Below the pieces are notes generated by a model. That model saw only the letters and a program-made list of their open reading frames with translations. It was not told the origin of the DNA and made no database searches. This document shows, piece by piece, positions 28,601 through 37,358 of a stretch of 64,000 bases of DNA (position 1 is the first letter of the stretch; the number at the start of each line of letters is the position of its first letter). Position numbers and translations under genes: made by a program. The stretch lies in the IMG/VR virus record IMGVR_UViG_3300025767_000007; one strand, given 5' to 3'. This stretch comes from an uncultured virus (IMG/VR IMGVR_UViG_3300025767_000007). Its lineage: Duplodnaviria; Heunggongvirae; Uroviricota; Caudoviricetes.

Positions 28601-31588
28601 TAAATCAGGGTTTAATCTTTGTGTTGTCCACATTCCTCTCATTGCTGAAATGTCAGCAGTATAAGATCCATTTAGTGAAGGAATTTGAAAACTATTACTC
28701 CAGTTTTCATTTCCTCTTGAGTTGGCTAATATATTTTTCTCAAATGATTCATTTAATATTGAAGGAGTTACTCCGTTTACAAAAGAAATGTTTTGTGTTG
28801 GATTATATGCTAATCCAGGAATTGCTGTACAATGTTGACTCTTTACATCAGCATTGGTTACAAATTCTCCTTGGTGCATTATTTCAACAGATTTGTTATC
28901 TTCGTGTTCTTCTAATGTAATTGAAAAACCTGTGGCAAAATTATCTGCATCTCTACTAACAGTTGGTGTCCAGCTTGTAATAACTCCATTAACTTTTACT
29001 TTTAAAGTTCTAGGATCATTTTTTGGTTCAATTATCATTAAAGGTACAGAGTAATAGTTTGGTCCAAACTTAGCAGTATAAAATCCAACATCTAATGCTG
29101 TATCTACTTTTATAATTCCTTGAGCATCTGCTGTACCTGATAGTACTAACGTATTACTATCATCATATATGTTTACATCTGTTAACGCAGTAGTCTTTAA
29201 TATTAAAGGTTCATTAGATCCTCCAACTATCATATTGTAAACTACATTTTTAAAATTGTCTGCATGTTGTACAAGAATGTTATCACCGTGTGGCACTATT
29301 ACCCATTCATATGTTGGCCATGCACTCTTTGAAAATTCTATTCCGTTGACTATGTCTGTGCTATTAATTCTTAAACTAGCCCAACTCTTTAATCTAAACC
29401 AAGCCTTAAGAACACCAGTACTCATTCCGTCATTAACACTTTGTGGTAATCCTGTAACTACCGAATGTAATCGTCTAAAGTTAATTGGTCCTGGAACATC
29501 TGCATCTCTATCCCCAGAATTTAAAAACTTTGTAGCATCTTGTAATGTATAGTTAAACAATATATCTGCTGGTTTATTTTTAGAATTATTGTTTAATTCA
29601 ACTGAAAAGTTACTGTTATCAAACGATAATCTAAATCCACTTTCTTTATCTGCAGAACCACTTCCGTCTTTATACTCAATAATAGTTGAACTCTGTCTAG
29701 TTGGAACGTCACCAAGTTGTTCTGCCCATTTATCCAAAGGAACTTGGTTTCTATCATATAGTCTCCATAAAGGTACATGCGTTCTGCTCAATCTTGTCTG
29801 CGCCGGGTATACAACTGATCCGTCTACCTTATATTCAAAGTATGCTTTTAACCCAGCTCTGATATACATAGACTGTCCATCTTTAGGTGTATCAATAATA
29901 AAGTGTGTGCATATTCCTTGACTGTTAGCTCTAAAGACAATTATTTTATTTTTGTAAGCACCGTCTCTCAACCATAATATATTTTCACCAAATAATCTTA
30001 TACCTTGTCTTTGTCTTACTGCAATTAAGTTCAAGTCAGTGAGTGCAGTACGAGCTTTTTGATTTGTACTAAATGCTTGAGTTAGAAAATTTTCTATCGC
30101 TACTTCGTCACCATTAATTAACGCCTGATAAATTAATTCATTACGAGCTTGTTCAGCAGATCCTAAGAACATATCTACTAATATTCTTATAATATTTAAT
30201 CCAACATAATCATCTGGTTGCTGTGAAACTCCTTCTTCGTTTTCAGCTACTGCTCCAATTCTTCCTTTAAAAGTAGTTCCATGGTTAAAAGTTTCTAAAC
30301 TATTCTCAAATTCAATAATAGGTCTTAGAGCAACGTCTTTATCTGAAACAATGTCTGATTGTTTAATATTAAGAAAATTACAAGTTTCATTAATTGTGTC
30401 TTTATGAATCCAAACATTTGATCTAGAGAATGCACTTCTATTTTCTGCACCAGCTTCTTGTGTAACATAATGCTTTTGATTTATTCCTAGTATGTCGCCT
30501 TCCCATGATAGTTCGTCCCATGATAAATTAGTCTGATCCCACAATGATGTTAGTTCAGTACTATAAACTGTTTGTCTATCTTGGTGTGATTGAGATAATA
30601 ACTTAATTCCAGAAGGAGTACCAACCCCAGAAACTTGAAAAACTCTTTGAGTGTTTACTGAACCTACTTGTAAAATTTCATCAGCATTAACATAGTAATC
30701 GTTTAACGTGAGAATAACCTGAGATCCTACTGCTGGTATACTTGTTGCATTCCATATAATGCTTTCTCCTACAAAATCAAAGTCGTTGTTTTGTCCAACA
30801 GTTTTAACAACTCCGTCAACTTCTACTACTACTTTTAAGAATTTACTAAATCCCCATTCTCCAGAAACCTCATTATAGAAATCTAATTGGTTGGTTCCGT
30901 CAGCAATATGTGATTCTGAAATTGTGCCGTTAATTGATTCTCTGCCATCTACTGTCTTTTTAAAACTAACTCTCATTCCATTTTTAAGAGATAGTGTTCT
31001 TCCGTTTGCTTGTAAAGGTGTTGTATAATATTGCTTTCCAATAATATCACTGAGAATATTAATTGGAGCACTTGTATCTGAAATGATTGATCCAGTTAAA
31101 TGTATAATTGGAACCTGAGGAGCAACCCACATATAGTTACTCCAGTTAATAAATTTATCTGGGTTAATTGGAAAATCATTTACACTTACAGGAACCAAAG
31201 GTTCGTTGTCATGCTCGTCAAGAAAGCCTTGCGATAATGCAAGATTATCTGATGTTAATGTGTAAACCTTATTATCATTTCTTCTAACAACTATTCCTTC
31301 TTCTAGTTGTCGTTTTTTATTATCTGCTGTAGGTAAAAAGTCATTGTTTGAAGAAGTTAATTGCCCTGAAGCCGCAGTTGGCCTGCCAATATTATAGTTT
31401 ACATTTTCAATAACATTAGGTTGAAACATGTCTTCAACTGTTGCTGTAAATAACTTCTTATTAATATCTGTTTTAAAGATATCAGGTAAAAGATTTATTG
31501 CAAGAGGATCAACCTTCTCTACTTTCTTTTCGTTGGTATATGTATTGCTTTCAATACTTTTACCATTAAACTTTTTAGCATTTGCCAT
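22676..31588 (-). CDS. giant baseplate wedge-like structural protein (2970 aa)
   Basis: Follows the gp6-like gene. LLP.IFKT..NKK start, DKFINWSNY.W, C-terminal YIQEVKPYHTKI. Confidence 0.65.
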   Translation of the reverse strand: MANAKKFNGKSIESNTYTNEKKVEKVDPLAINLLPDIFKTDINKKLFTATVEDMFQPNVIENVNYNIGRPTAASGQLTSSNNDFLPTADNKKRQLEEGIVVRRNDNKVYTLTSDNLALSQGFLDEHDNEPLVPVSVNDFPINPDKFINWSNYMWVAPQVPIIHLTGSIISDTSAPINILSDIIGKQYYTTPLQANGRTLSLKNGMRVSFKKTVDGRESINGTISESHIADGTNQLDFYNEVSGEWGFSKFLKVVVEVDGVVKTVGQNNDFDFVGESIIWNATSIPAVGSQVILTLNDYYVNADEILQVGSVNTQRVFQVSGVGTPSGIKLLSQSHQDRQTVYSTELTSLWDQTNLSWDELSWEGDILGINQKHYVTQEAGAENRSAFSRSNVWIHKDTINETCNFLNIKQSDIVSDKDVALRPIIEFENSLETFNHGTTFKGRIGAVAENEEGVSQQPDDYVGLNIIRILVDMFLGSAEQARNELIYQALINGDEVAIENFLTQAFSTNQKARTALTDLNLIAVRQRQGIRLFGENILWLRDGAYKNKIIVFRANSQGICTHFIIDTPKDGQSMYIRAGLKAYFEYKVDGSVVYPAQTRLSRTHVPLWRLYDRNQVPLDKWAEQLGDVPTRQSSTIIEYKDGSGSADKESGFRLSFDNSNFSVELNNNSKNKPADILFNYTLQDATKFLNSGDRDADVPGPINFRRLHSVVTGLPQSVNDGMSTGVLKAWFRLKSWASLRINSTDIVNGIEFSKSAWPTYEWVIVPHGDNILVQHADNFKNVVYNMIVGGSNEPLILKTTALTDVNIYDDSNTLVLSGTADAQGIIKVDTALDVGFYTAKFGPNYYSVPLMIIEPKNDPRTLKVKVNGVITSWTPTVSRDADNFATGFSITLEEHEDNKSVEIMHQGEFVTNADVKSQHCTAIPGLAYNPTQNISFVNGVTPSILNESFEKNILANSRGNENWSNSFQIPSLNGSYTADISAMRGMWTTQRLNPDLGEVVINRSMNAWRWHRRFIKLVETFNNAYEVTTSNSREILDLMLDQLNIEVNTNSTDAESGMVFSTTNMLKVNYTVQGTNETTFAVNIGSSILNQDEYDPDHVYVYVDNILQIEGYSVDTTPNVIFSNPVSEGSIVAIYYRGSATPLLSGVPASPTKLGLKGLTKPELIRERWGMFDRFLILRHDGSKVMAHQDNIYSAPDPRDYLILELERRIYVSCIELPGATLRENSGLYCNPDITSLRSLAEVRWFQSNDIDFRDRSQDFDFADPWTWNYNGESWRGMYIRLFGTYQPDSRPWEILNFSNKPDWWDHHYQWGEPTQRVALESALETGLVSEPGTPAVYDYGSRREYPNGFPVTTDVKLIHPNDWLGITVTEDAAGAPWEIGSYGVWEDLWARSSAGAYHQIFDKIGNNNTVNEFVEKGINPYVVTNNNNTTEALGQYSIFPDVPWVQLRPTVGIGALLFESNKELNFPGSEVINELENLGVVLMFGMGGFSNQEARFKMPHAKVSDGTFVPDEDFNLTLDAGVSTNDLRYSAVRLEREDDGFRVYGFDPEQRYFTTVLPIKDGTSGTFQRTVETDTDTLILYKQHETDVINIPYGHKFETKQELYEFFIGVQALQERNGLVFDKLNSRGTVGNWEQVALDAMTWIGENWGTDTYWLGGPIDSKGFLYEHQLGHLDKLDNDLTRRGKIIFSDGKLAQPNDLLISRNYNEKQDLVEITSKKQVTFIDFSLRSYDHIFFFNNSTRFGDVINNSQLQYRLQNLKMVARRTRGWDGKPFAQGVIVTNTGLLPGLESLATDIVKSRDLEKSQFNTFLSDVSKGDIIPSKKSIIEEIISDESVEFAYKQGLNSASGTNLAINALFRNSAIDIPGTLQDLEINEQWLFTDGEFGKLGNRRVWEIEVRAEDMTSTRQIIRFKEGEDDVDFRSDNIIDILKNDSRWVSRSKDINFKTIARSDITPDYVKKNNWLPSAGVGNLVETNVQKRSVNELVGSNIGLFEDDKFERLDELRSFSKFGVYKEGDRVFNNGLLYQAIENVTGGQNTAFDSAQWTVVTEDAISLPPTVWLSDFNFKDFTTTETGETEVSWNILQGTVPALINEICPNGDPALEESKVTFANAHGLAVDDMLLILGTTEETIRTFHVVTKVIDAYNILVPTRVSTKTENLVSITMMNTKGKTTADLPTNLTNIAVGTKFYLEPDSTAQGEYTVYEFNGTAWIINEEATTLQGNMVDSTAIDSITLLDGDTGNKIANIELFDPYKGFTIDDVVQYLNYRQGVDPAVYNIDEFGNEELDATTYWENTQIGKLWWDTSKLRYAEYEQRNNVEYRANYWGEQFADSEVEIYEWYSSDEEPAVDTHPDARIDYSDGDGIIRYTENQEYNNNGALVTKYYYWSKNPSNIPAGAKRTYSALAIQSALNSPDIAGITWASPIATNALVLSNANGFLASRKSVILRIVERTDGLQQHVNSLLVSEGKSGSVIPEYLFRRLKTSISGRDQYRRTHALKEWIPNTLYNEGDVVINYNLSQVVTTSTYNDNDVPVVKFLNDTREKVEGVLRPIYQIDEGTGNLVDSLGNVFALSTDLRLETKKKLHRPMLITNKTGYTSTSDFVADALSDWNMVVSGATAVQKAGGLNGEYLAVIPARRRVPDTKLHPLRRYGNQYVPLPQTWYKDIKEARRNFVYSANKYLLQANVVSKATYDAHLLTYQPLFGPYVKDLTPYWEFVDYLGTGYVAGSEQAFVDNLSEITTLSSNITVFGLLDSNGELERSFNKNGLDIELVFQRDGTIQFLDTVWDGSLGDAWDTARWDKFPWDEDGSEVLESLLTALREDLLVTNDIGFFNLFFFDMVKESLNQIPNSSWAIKSTYLDISKTSSDDLRGVSLFYDKLAEQVATYIQEVKPYHTKIANFNNKLSSNDTINVGITESLIMTIETEEFTVSIDDAVLTDEDGNTINFLNPDVSTSTLVEVDPNGASEVVPTI

Positions 31589-31593
31589 TTATG

Positions 31594-34500
31594 TTAAGCC
31601 CTTCTTGGTAACGGAACTTGTTCGGTTGTAATAATTTCAATATTATCTGCTGTAGCACTACTAATAAACAACTCGTTTTCTTCGCATTTGATTTGAAATA
31701 TATCACTAACCGATACTGTTGCTTGTACAGGTACTAAAGCTACACTTGAGACAACTCCAGCTAATTGCTGATGTATCCATGCCGCCATATCTGTAAAATA
31801 AAATGTTTCTCCAAAATCCCAGTTTTCAACTGAGAAATAATCGTTAATTGATGCAATTACTCTACTTCTAACTTCTGCATTACTTACTTTAGTCCCGTCG
31901 CTTCTTGTTACTCTAATTGTTACTTGATCTCTAATGTTTGCATTTTCTCCAAATATAATTTTATATTTTATTGGATGATATATTATAGTATCACTTACAC
32001 TTTTATAAGGAGTAATGCTAGACATAAAGTCACTAAGTTCAGTTGACGTCATTGTAGTTGGAACCTCGTCAAATTCTGTTCCGGTTGCTAACCAATTTCT
32101 AAAATTAGAATCATATTCGTCTGTTAATACAAACATATCAATAATATTAGTAGTTGTTGCATCTACTCTGTTTTCCCTTAAAGGAACATGATTATGTTGT
32201 ATTGTTAGGCTTTGCCTTCCAGTAACTGTTTTTGAAGGAGTTGTAATATCGTTTATAGCTCTTGGTGCTAAAGTGAACTGACCTTCTGCATCATCAAATT
32301 CCTTTTCTACTAGCTCAATAGTTTGCGATACTCCTTGTACTGTAAATATTAAACTAAACAAGTTAGGATTTTTAGGAATTAAATCATCACTGATTCCTGG
32401 AAGTTGTACAATAACTCTCTTAGGATCATACCTACCATCATCAAGTGTAAAGTAATCTGATACTTCTAGTTCTGCTCTCCTTGTAACACCTGGATTGTTT
32501 GCGGCACTACTTGAAAGTACTTGTACTGTATCTTGGATAACTCTTCTAGTTACAGAATCCAATGCTTGTCCAAATTTTTGATTGTGAAAAACTATTTGTG
32601 ATTCACTACCTAGTACTACAATATCTCTTCTTGTAGTTGCTGTCCAAGTATTACTATCATTTCTATGAGTAAAACGTAGTAACCAACTTGTACCAACAGT
32701 AGATGAATCAAAATCTCCTTCAATGACTATTTCATCTGCGTTAATAATCTTCCAATCATCTAATACATGATCGTAACGTAAACCAAAGTTTCGTTGTGCT
32801 TGTAATTCATCTAAGATGTTTCTTTTTTCGCCATCTGTAAATACAACACGAAGATTAGGCATCCAGGACACTACGTCTTGGTTTGCAGAAATTCCTTCAA
32901 TAAACACAGCTCCTTCACCGTTTGCTCTTTTTCCTGTGTTAACACCGTCTGATGATGTTAATCCAAATCCATCTCTGAAAACATCTTGTATCTTGTACCA
33001 GCCTAAATCGGCTAGTCTAACTAAAGAATTTTTCTTTAATGTTCTTATATCTTGTTCTACTGAACTTCTTCCAATTCTTTTAGGATCAACATTGCCTGTA
33101 AAGTATCCATGTGTTGATCCAATTGTAGTATCTACTGTTTTCCAATAAACTGGGTTTGCAGGTGAGATAGGTGTAAATCTTCTGTAGTATAACTGATGTA
33201 AAGGACGATACTGTAGTGTATCTAATAACCATTTCATAATTTTGTTTGTTCCAACTGAGTCAGCTATTTTTGTGTCTACAGTTGATTCGTCAGTATATAA
33301 AAATGCATCATCTGCCAATGTAATAACTGGTCTATAAGATGCTGTTGGATCAGCTAAATCTGAGTACAGGCTTTGTCCTGTGTGTATTCTGTTTATAGAT
33401 TTTATTCTAGATATACCAGACACTTTACCTTGAGGATAATTATTATAATCATCTGCTGTAATCATTCTATTTTGACTAGCGGCGGTTCTGCTTGCATTAT
33501 TTTTAATGTCAGTAATAGACTCACTCTCGATGCCAGCCATGTTATTTTTAGGACTAATATTACAAACTATTTCTTGAGGCTGTCCTAAAGAATCTACATA
33601 AACTAAATTTAAATCTACATCAGTAGTTTCGCCTTTTTGTATAATAAAGTCTTCGTTAGCACTAACTCTAAACCAAATTCTAATATTACCAAATGGTACA
33701 TTACCAAATGATCCATTGCCAAATTTAATTGATATCTGGTCGTTAGTTCTAGTAATTATTTCAAAGATATTTCTATCTTCTTTATCGATATCATTAAAAG
33801 ATATGTTGTTACCAACAACACTTTCAACCTTTGTCCAATATGTTAATATTGTGCCTGTCTGGTCCACAGTTTGTACCCATACATCAGTATCATTGATATT
33901 ATTTGCATTAATATCAATTACTCTGTTTTCTACAACATTATCAATAATAATATCCTGAAACAGAAGTGTTCCTTGCTTACAACTAAAGAACCAACCATTT
34001 GATTCACTAGCAAATCCTGTTCCGTCATTATTAAAAGTAAGACTCTTTGCATTTAACGGAGATGGTGGGCTTTCAATTAATGCTCCGTCTTCTAGTGTTA
34101 CTGGAATAATATCAAACGTATATGATTGTCCTGCTCTACTATTCAATGAAACATTTTCTATCAAGCTAGAATCATCTGTTTCTTCAAACTCATAAATTTC
34201 TCTAGTCATTGCTCCTGACTGAAATGTACTAATTGGTCTTCCGATAGGATTACTTTTACTAAATGCTTCGTTTAATATTAAGTTAAATTGTTCTTGAAAA
34301 TCACTGTTTAGCGGATCTGCCCATACAATATTTTGACCTGCTAGGTTGACTCCTCTACTATCGTATATTTCTTGAGAACTTGAAATACTGTTAATTCTTA
34401 AAAAACCTTCAGCAGTTTTATTTCTATGTGACTTGTATCCTATTTGTCTAGCAATAGATAATACGTTTTCTCTTACTTCAGCAGTTTCTAAGAATGTTTC

Positions 34501-34752
34501 TCTTAAATTTAAATCTGCTCTGAATGCTATGTTTTGTCCGAGGAATGAAATTAAATCAACTAATGCAACATATTCACTGCTATTAATAAAGTCATTAAAA
34601 TCTTCTCCGTAATTAACCTGGATATGATCTAGTAGTGCTTCTCTTAATGATTCAAAATCATATGCTTTAAAATCTGCATTGACTAAATCTCTATAACTAT
34701 TAAGCCAGCTCTCTGCGGCGTTTAACTGACTTAGACGCTTTGTCTGACTCAT
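31594..34752 (-). CDS. baseplate wedge subunit (T4 gp6-like)
   Basis: DFESLR..L, ETFLETA..RENVLSIARQIGY, FGNG.FG..P, ESITDIK.NA....SQNRMITADDY. Confidence 0.85.
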   Translation of the reverse strand: MSQTKRLSQLNAAESWLNSYRDLVNADFKAYDFESLREALLDHIQVNYGEDFNDFINSSEYVALVDLISFLGQNIAFRADLNLRETFLETAEVRENVLSIARQIGYKSHRNKTAEGFLRINSISSSQEIYDSRGVNLAGQNIVWADPLNSDFQEQFNLILNEAFSKSNPIGRPISTFQSGAMTREIYEFEETDDSSLIENVSLNSRAGQSYTFDIIPVTLEDGALIESPPSPLNAKSLTFNNDGTGFASESNGWFFSCKQGTLLFQDIIIDNVVENRVIDINANNINDTDVWVQTVDQTGTILTYWTKVESVVGNNISFNDIDKEDRNIFEIITRTNDQISIKFGNGSFGNVPFGNIRIWFRVSANEDFIIQKGETTDVDLNLVYVDSLGQPQEIVCNISPKNNMAGIESESITDIKNNASRTAASQNRMITADDYNNYPQGKVSGISRIKSINRIHTGQSLYSDLADPTASYRPVITLADDAFLYTDESTVDTKIADSVGTNKIMKWLLDTLQYRPLHQLYYRRFTPISPANPVYWKTVDTTIGSTHGYFTGNVDPKRIGRSSVEQDIRTLKKNSLVRLADLGWYKIQDVFRDGFGLTSSDGVNTGKRANGEGAVFIEGISANQDVVSWMPNLRVVFTDGEKRNILDELQAQRNFGLRYDHVLDDWKIINADEIVIEGDFDSSTVGTSWLLRFTHRNDSNTWTATTRRDIVVLGSESQIVFHNQKFGQALDSVTRRVIQDTVQVLSSSAANNPGVTRRAELEVSDYFTLDDGRYDPKRVIVQLPGISDDLIPKNPNLFSLIFTVQGVSQTIELVEKEFDDAEGQFTLAPRAINDITTPSKTVTGRQSLTIQHNHVPLRENRVDATTTNIIDMFVLTDEYDSNFRNWLATGTEFDEVPTTMTSTELSDFMSSITPYKSVSDTIIYHPIKYKIIFGENANIRDQVTIRVTRSDGTKVSNAEVRSRVIASINDYFSVENWDFGETFYFTDMAAWIHQQLAGVVSSVALVPVQATVSVSDIFQIKCEENELFISSATADNIEIITTEQVPLPRRA

Positions 34753-35126
34753 TAAAATTCTCCTTTATTAAATTCCAAAGGAAGTGTAGTTACTTCATTC
34801 TCTGGACGATAAATTAGTGTTACATCAACATTAACTGAATGTTCATTTTCTATTGTCTGAACTTCAACGAATTCCCATCTAGGATCTTCTGAAATAATTC
34901 TAACAACATCATCTCTTATTAGTTGTCTTGTATTGTCATCAAGTGGATCAAAAAGCAATTCCCATATTATACTGCCATGTGACGGTAGCATAATACGTTC
35001 GCCTAGCTTTGTTCCAAACTGATTCAATAAATCTTGTTTTGCTAGAGCAAAGTTAGTCAACACTGGTTTTGTAAAACTAGTGCCTATTGTGCTGTATCCT
35101 TTGTATTTTGTTGTCAATGTAGCCAT
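34752..35126 (-). CDS. baseplate wedge subunit (T4 gp25-like)
   Basis: KQDLLNQF.TK.GER.M.P..GS.IW.LLFDP...DPR. Confidence 0.85.
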   Translation of the reverse strand: MATLTTKYKGYSTIGTSFTKPVLTNFALAKQDLLNQFGTKLGERIMLPSHGSIIWELLFDPLDDNTRQLIRDDVVRIISEDPRWEFVEVQTIENEHSVNVDVTLIYRPENEVTTLPLEFNKGEF

Positions 35127-35165
35127 AACTATATTTAGCACCCTTATTAAGCAGGGTTATTACTG

Positions 35166-37349
35166 TTATGCCCTTGTAGGTGTATTTGGCGGATTATTTT
35201 CGCCAGTATGAGGATTTCCATGTTTATTTTGTAATGATGCAACTTGTGTTATAGTAGAACCAGGAGGTATTTTTCCTGTGTTTAAAAAGTAGCTTCTTTC
35301 GTACTGTGCTCGTTGTAATTTGTTAGGAGGAAGGTACTTTGATTGTAGTCTTTTACCAGTAGATGGCCCATTGCCCAAATCAGTTTTCCATTGGTCGTTT
35401 TGTGGTTGTCTTGCTCTTTTCTTTTGTACACTTTTAAAGTCAGCAGTAACTCCTTCGTTCATAAGTTCACTTGCACTTTTCTGAGCTCCTTGTACTTCGC
35501 CTGTTATTGCATATTTTGCTTCTGAGTTACGTTGAGTAGCATTTGGTGTATAATACGCATTTGCCCATATAGTTGCAATATCTTTAGGTTGAGGTCTGCC
35601 ATCACCACTTGCTTTTCCGCTATCTACTAATTGATCTGCCATTTTATAAGCATTACCTGGATTTCCAAAAGAAGCCATACACAATGCATCAAACATTGTT
35701 TGTGTAATACAAACTATGTCCTTACCAATCCTCTTAATTAGGCGGCGCCTTAGAGGAGGAGTCATATGTCTATCAATAATTTGTCTACTTGCAATTCTTG
35801 CCTCTGCTTCACTTGGTCCATCAACTAGTGCTTGTTTTATACTTGCATCTAGTTTGCTTGCAGAGTTTTGTGGTCCCCAGATATCAACTCTAGTTCCATA
35901 TCCAATACTATATCCTTGAAAATCTGCGTACATCATTCCTCTATATGCTTCTCTACTTTTCATCATATTAAATGCTTTTTCGCTCATTACTGCTCCTTTT
36001 AAACTTAAAGGAGGCATACAAGAAACAGCATCAGCAGTTAATGGAATTCCTGTTTGTTGAGAAACTTGTTCTCCTTCAGCATTTAAAACTGGTTCCAATG
36101 ATTCATAACTTGCTGGAGCTGGAACTACTGTAGGACTACCAGGAACACTTGCTAAAACTGCTTCAGGTGAGTCTGGACTTAACGTTCCAACTGGCAATGT
36201 AATTTTTTCACCACCTTCAAACTTTCCGTGTCCTGCCCAAGGCTCATGCTCCGGTACTCTAGCAGATACACTTTCTCCTACTAGTTCATTTACAATATGA
36301 TTATGTACTTCAGGCTTGGTTGCCTTTGCCGCAACAGGTCCATTCATGTCAATTCTTTTTGCAGTTTCTTTATAAACTGCCGCTACATTGACATCCATTC
36401 CTGCTAGTGATGTTTGAAATAGCCCTTGACCAGCTGTAACATTATAACTCTGTCCTGTTTCAATTTTAGTGTTTTCTTTTGACTTCACGTTAATATCTTT
36501 GACTGCTTCTATATTAATATTTTTACCGGCATGCATATTAATATTCTCTTCTGCATGAAAAGATATGTCCTTTTGTGAGTACACATCAATGTTTCCTTCT
36601 TCGTCTAATTCTATCCAAGCAGTACCTTTTGCATTAATAATGTTAATATACCCGCCCTCTTCGTGCATCTGTATTTGGTGCCCACTAGAAGTACGAAAAC
36701 GTATTTGTCCGTCGAGTCCTTCTTCTCCGTCGTCTAACATAAGACTATGCTGATTAGGAGTTAGTATACCATATGCTAATCCAGGATGGCTTGAAGCATT
36801 TCTAAAAGGACCAGCATTAGTTTGACCTCTTCTTAAATCTTTATCAATTCCTTGTTCACTTAATCTAAAACTAGCAGGGTGTTCAGGCCTACGCATGATA
36901 TTTTTATCTGAAACATTCCATCTATTTCTATCGCCAATTGGCCTTACTAAACCTTCGTGTGTGGCTCCTGACGCAATTCCTGGCAATGCATGTGTTTTGT
37001 CGTCATGTGGTACACATGCCCACCATACACCTAAGTTTTTATCTCCATTAATGAAAGAGCATATTACAAACACATTTAAGTCTGGTGGAACATGCCATAT
37101 ACCATAGGCTCTATCTGTTTCTTCATAATCAACTGAACCTTTAATTGGCTTCTCTGCTTGGTGGTTTGTTGATCCAGCAAAAGGAGGACAATACTTTACT
37201 CTTCTCCAATGATCTGGATTATTTTCATCTCCAAGAAACTCTTTGATATAAACTTCAAGTACACCCATGCCATAGGGGTCTGCATTGTTTTTAATTTTAC
37301 CAAGATACACTCCTGTAAAACTTTCTAAATCATACGGTCCTGTTGACAT
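35166..37349 (-). CDS. baseplate hub/central spike (gp5/VgrG-like) with C-terminal lysozyme-like domain
   Basis: N-terminal OB fold (DP..MG.L.V, PPD..V...F..GD), RTSSGHQ..M beta-helix, and REAYR...D..GYSIGYG...TQ.MFDAL of GH24 type. Confidence 0.8.
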   Translation of the reverse strand: MSTGPYDLESFTGVYLGKIKNNADPYGMGVLEVYIKEFLGDENNPDHWRRVKYCPPFAGSTNHQAEKPIKGSVDYEETDRAYGIWHVPPDLNVFVICSFINGDKNLGVWWACVPHDDKTHALPGIASGATHEGLVRPIGDRNRWNVSDKNIMRRPEHPASFRLSEQGIDKDLRRGQTNAGPFRNASSHPGLAYGILTPNQHSLMLDDGEEGLDGQIRFRTSSGHQIQMHEEGGYINIINAKGTAWIELDEEGNIDVYSQKDISFHAEENINMHAGKNINIEAVKDINVKSKENTKIETGQSYNVTAGQGLFQTSLAGMDVNVAAVYKETAKRIDMNGPVAAKATKPEVHNHIVNELVGESVSARVPEHEPWAGHGKFEGGEKITLPVGTLSPDSPEAVLASVPGSPTVVPAPASYESLEPVLNAEGEQVSQQTGIPLTADAVSCMPPLSLKGAVMSEKAFNMMKSREAYRGMMYADFQGYSIGYGTRVDIWGPQNSASKLDASIKQALVDGPSEAEARIASRQIIDRHMTPPLRRRLIKRIGKDIVCITQTMFDALCMASFGNPGNAYKMADQLVDSGKASGDGRPQPKDIATIWANAYYTPNATQRNSEAKYAITGEVQGAQKSASELMNEGVTADFKSVQKKRARQPQNDQWKTDLGNGPSTGKRLQSKYLPPNKLQRAQYERSYFLNTGKIPPGSTITQVASLQNKHGNPHTGENNPPNTPTRA

Positions 37350-37358
37350 ATTATACTC

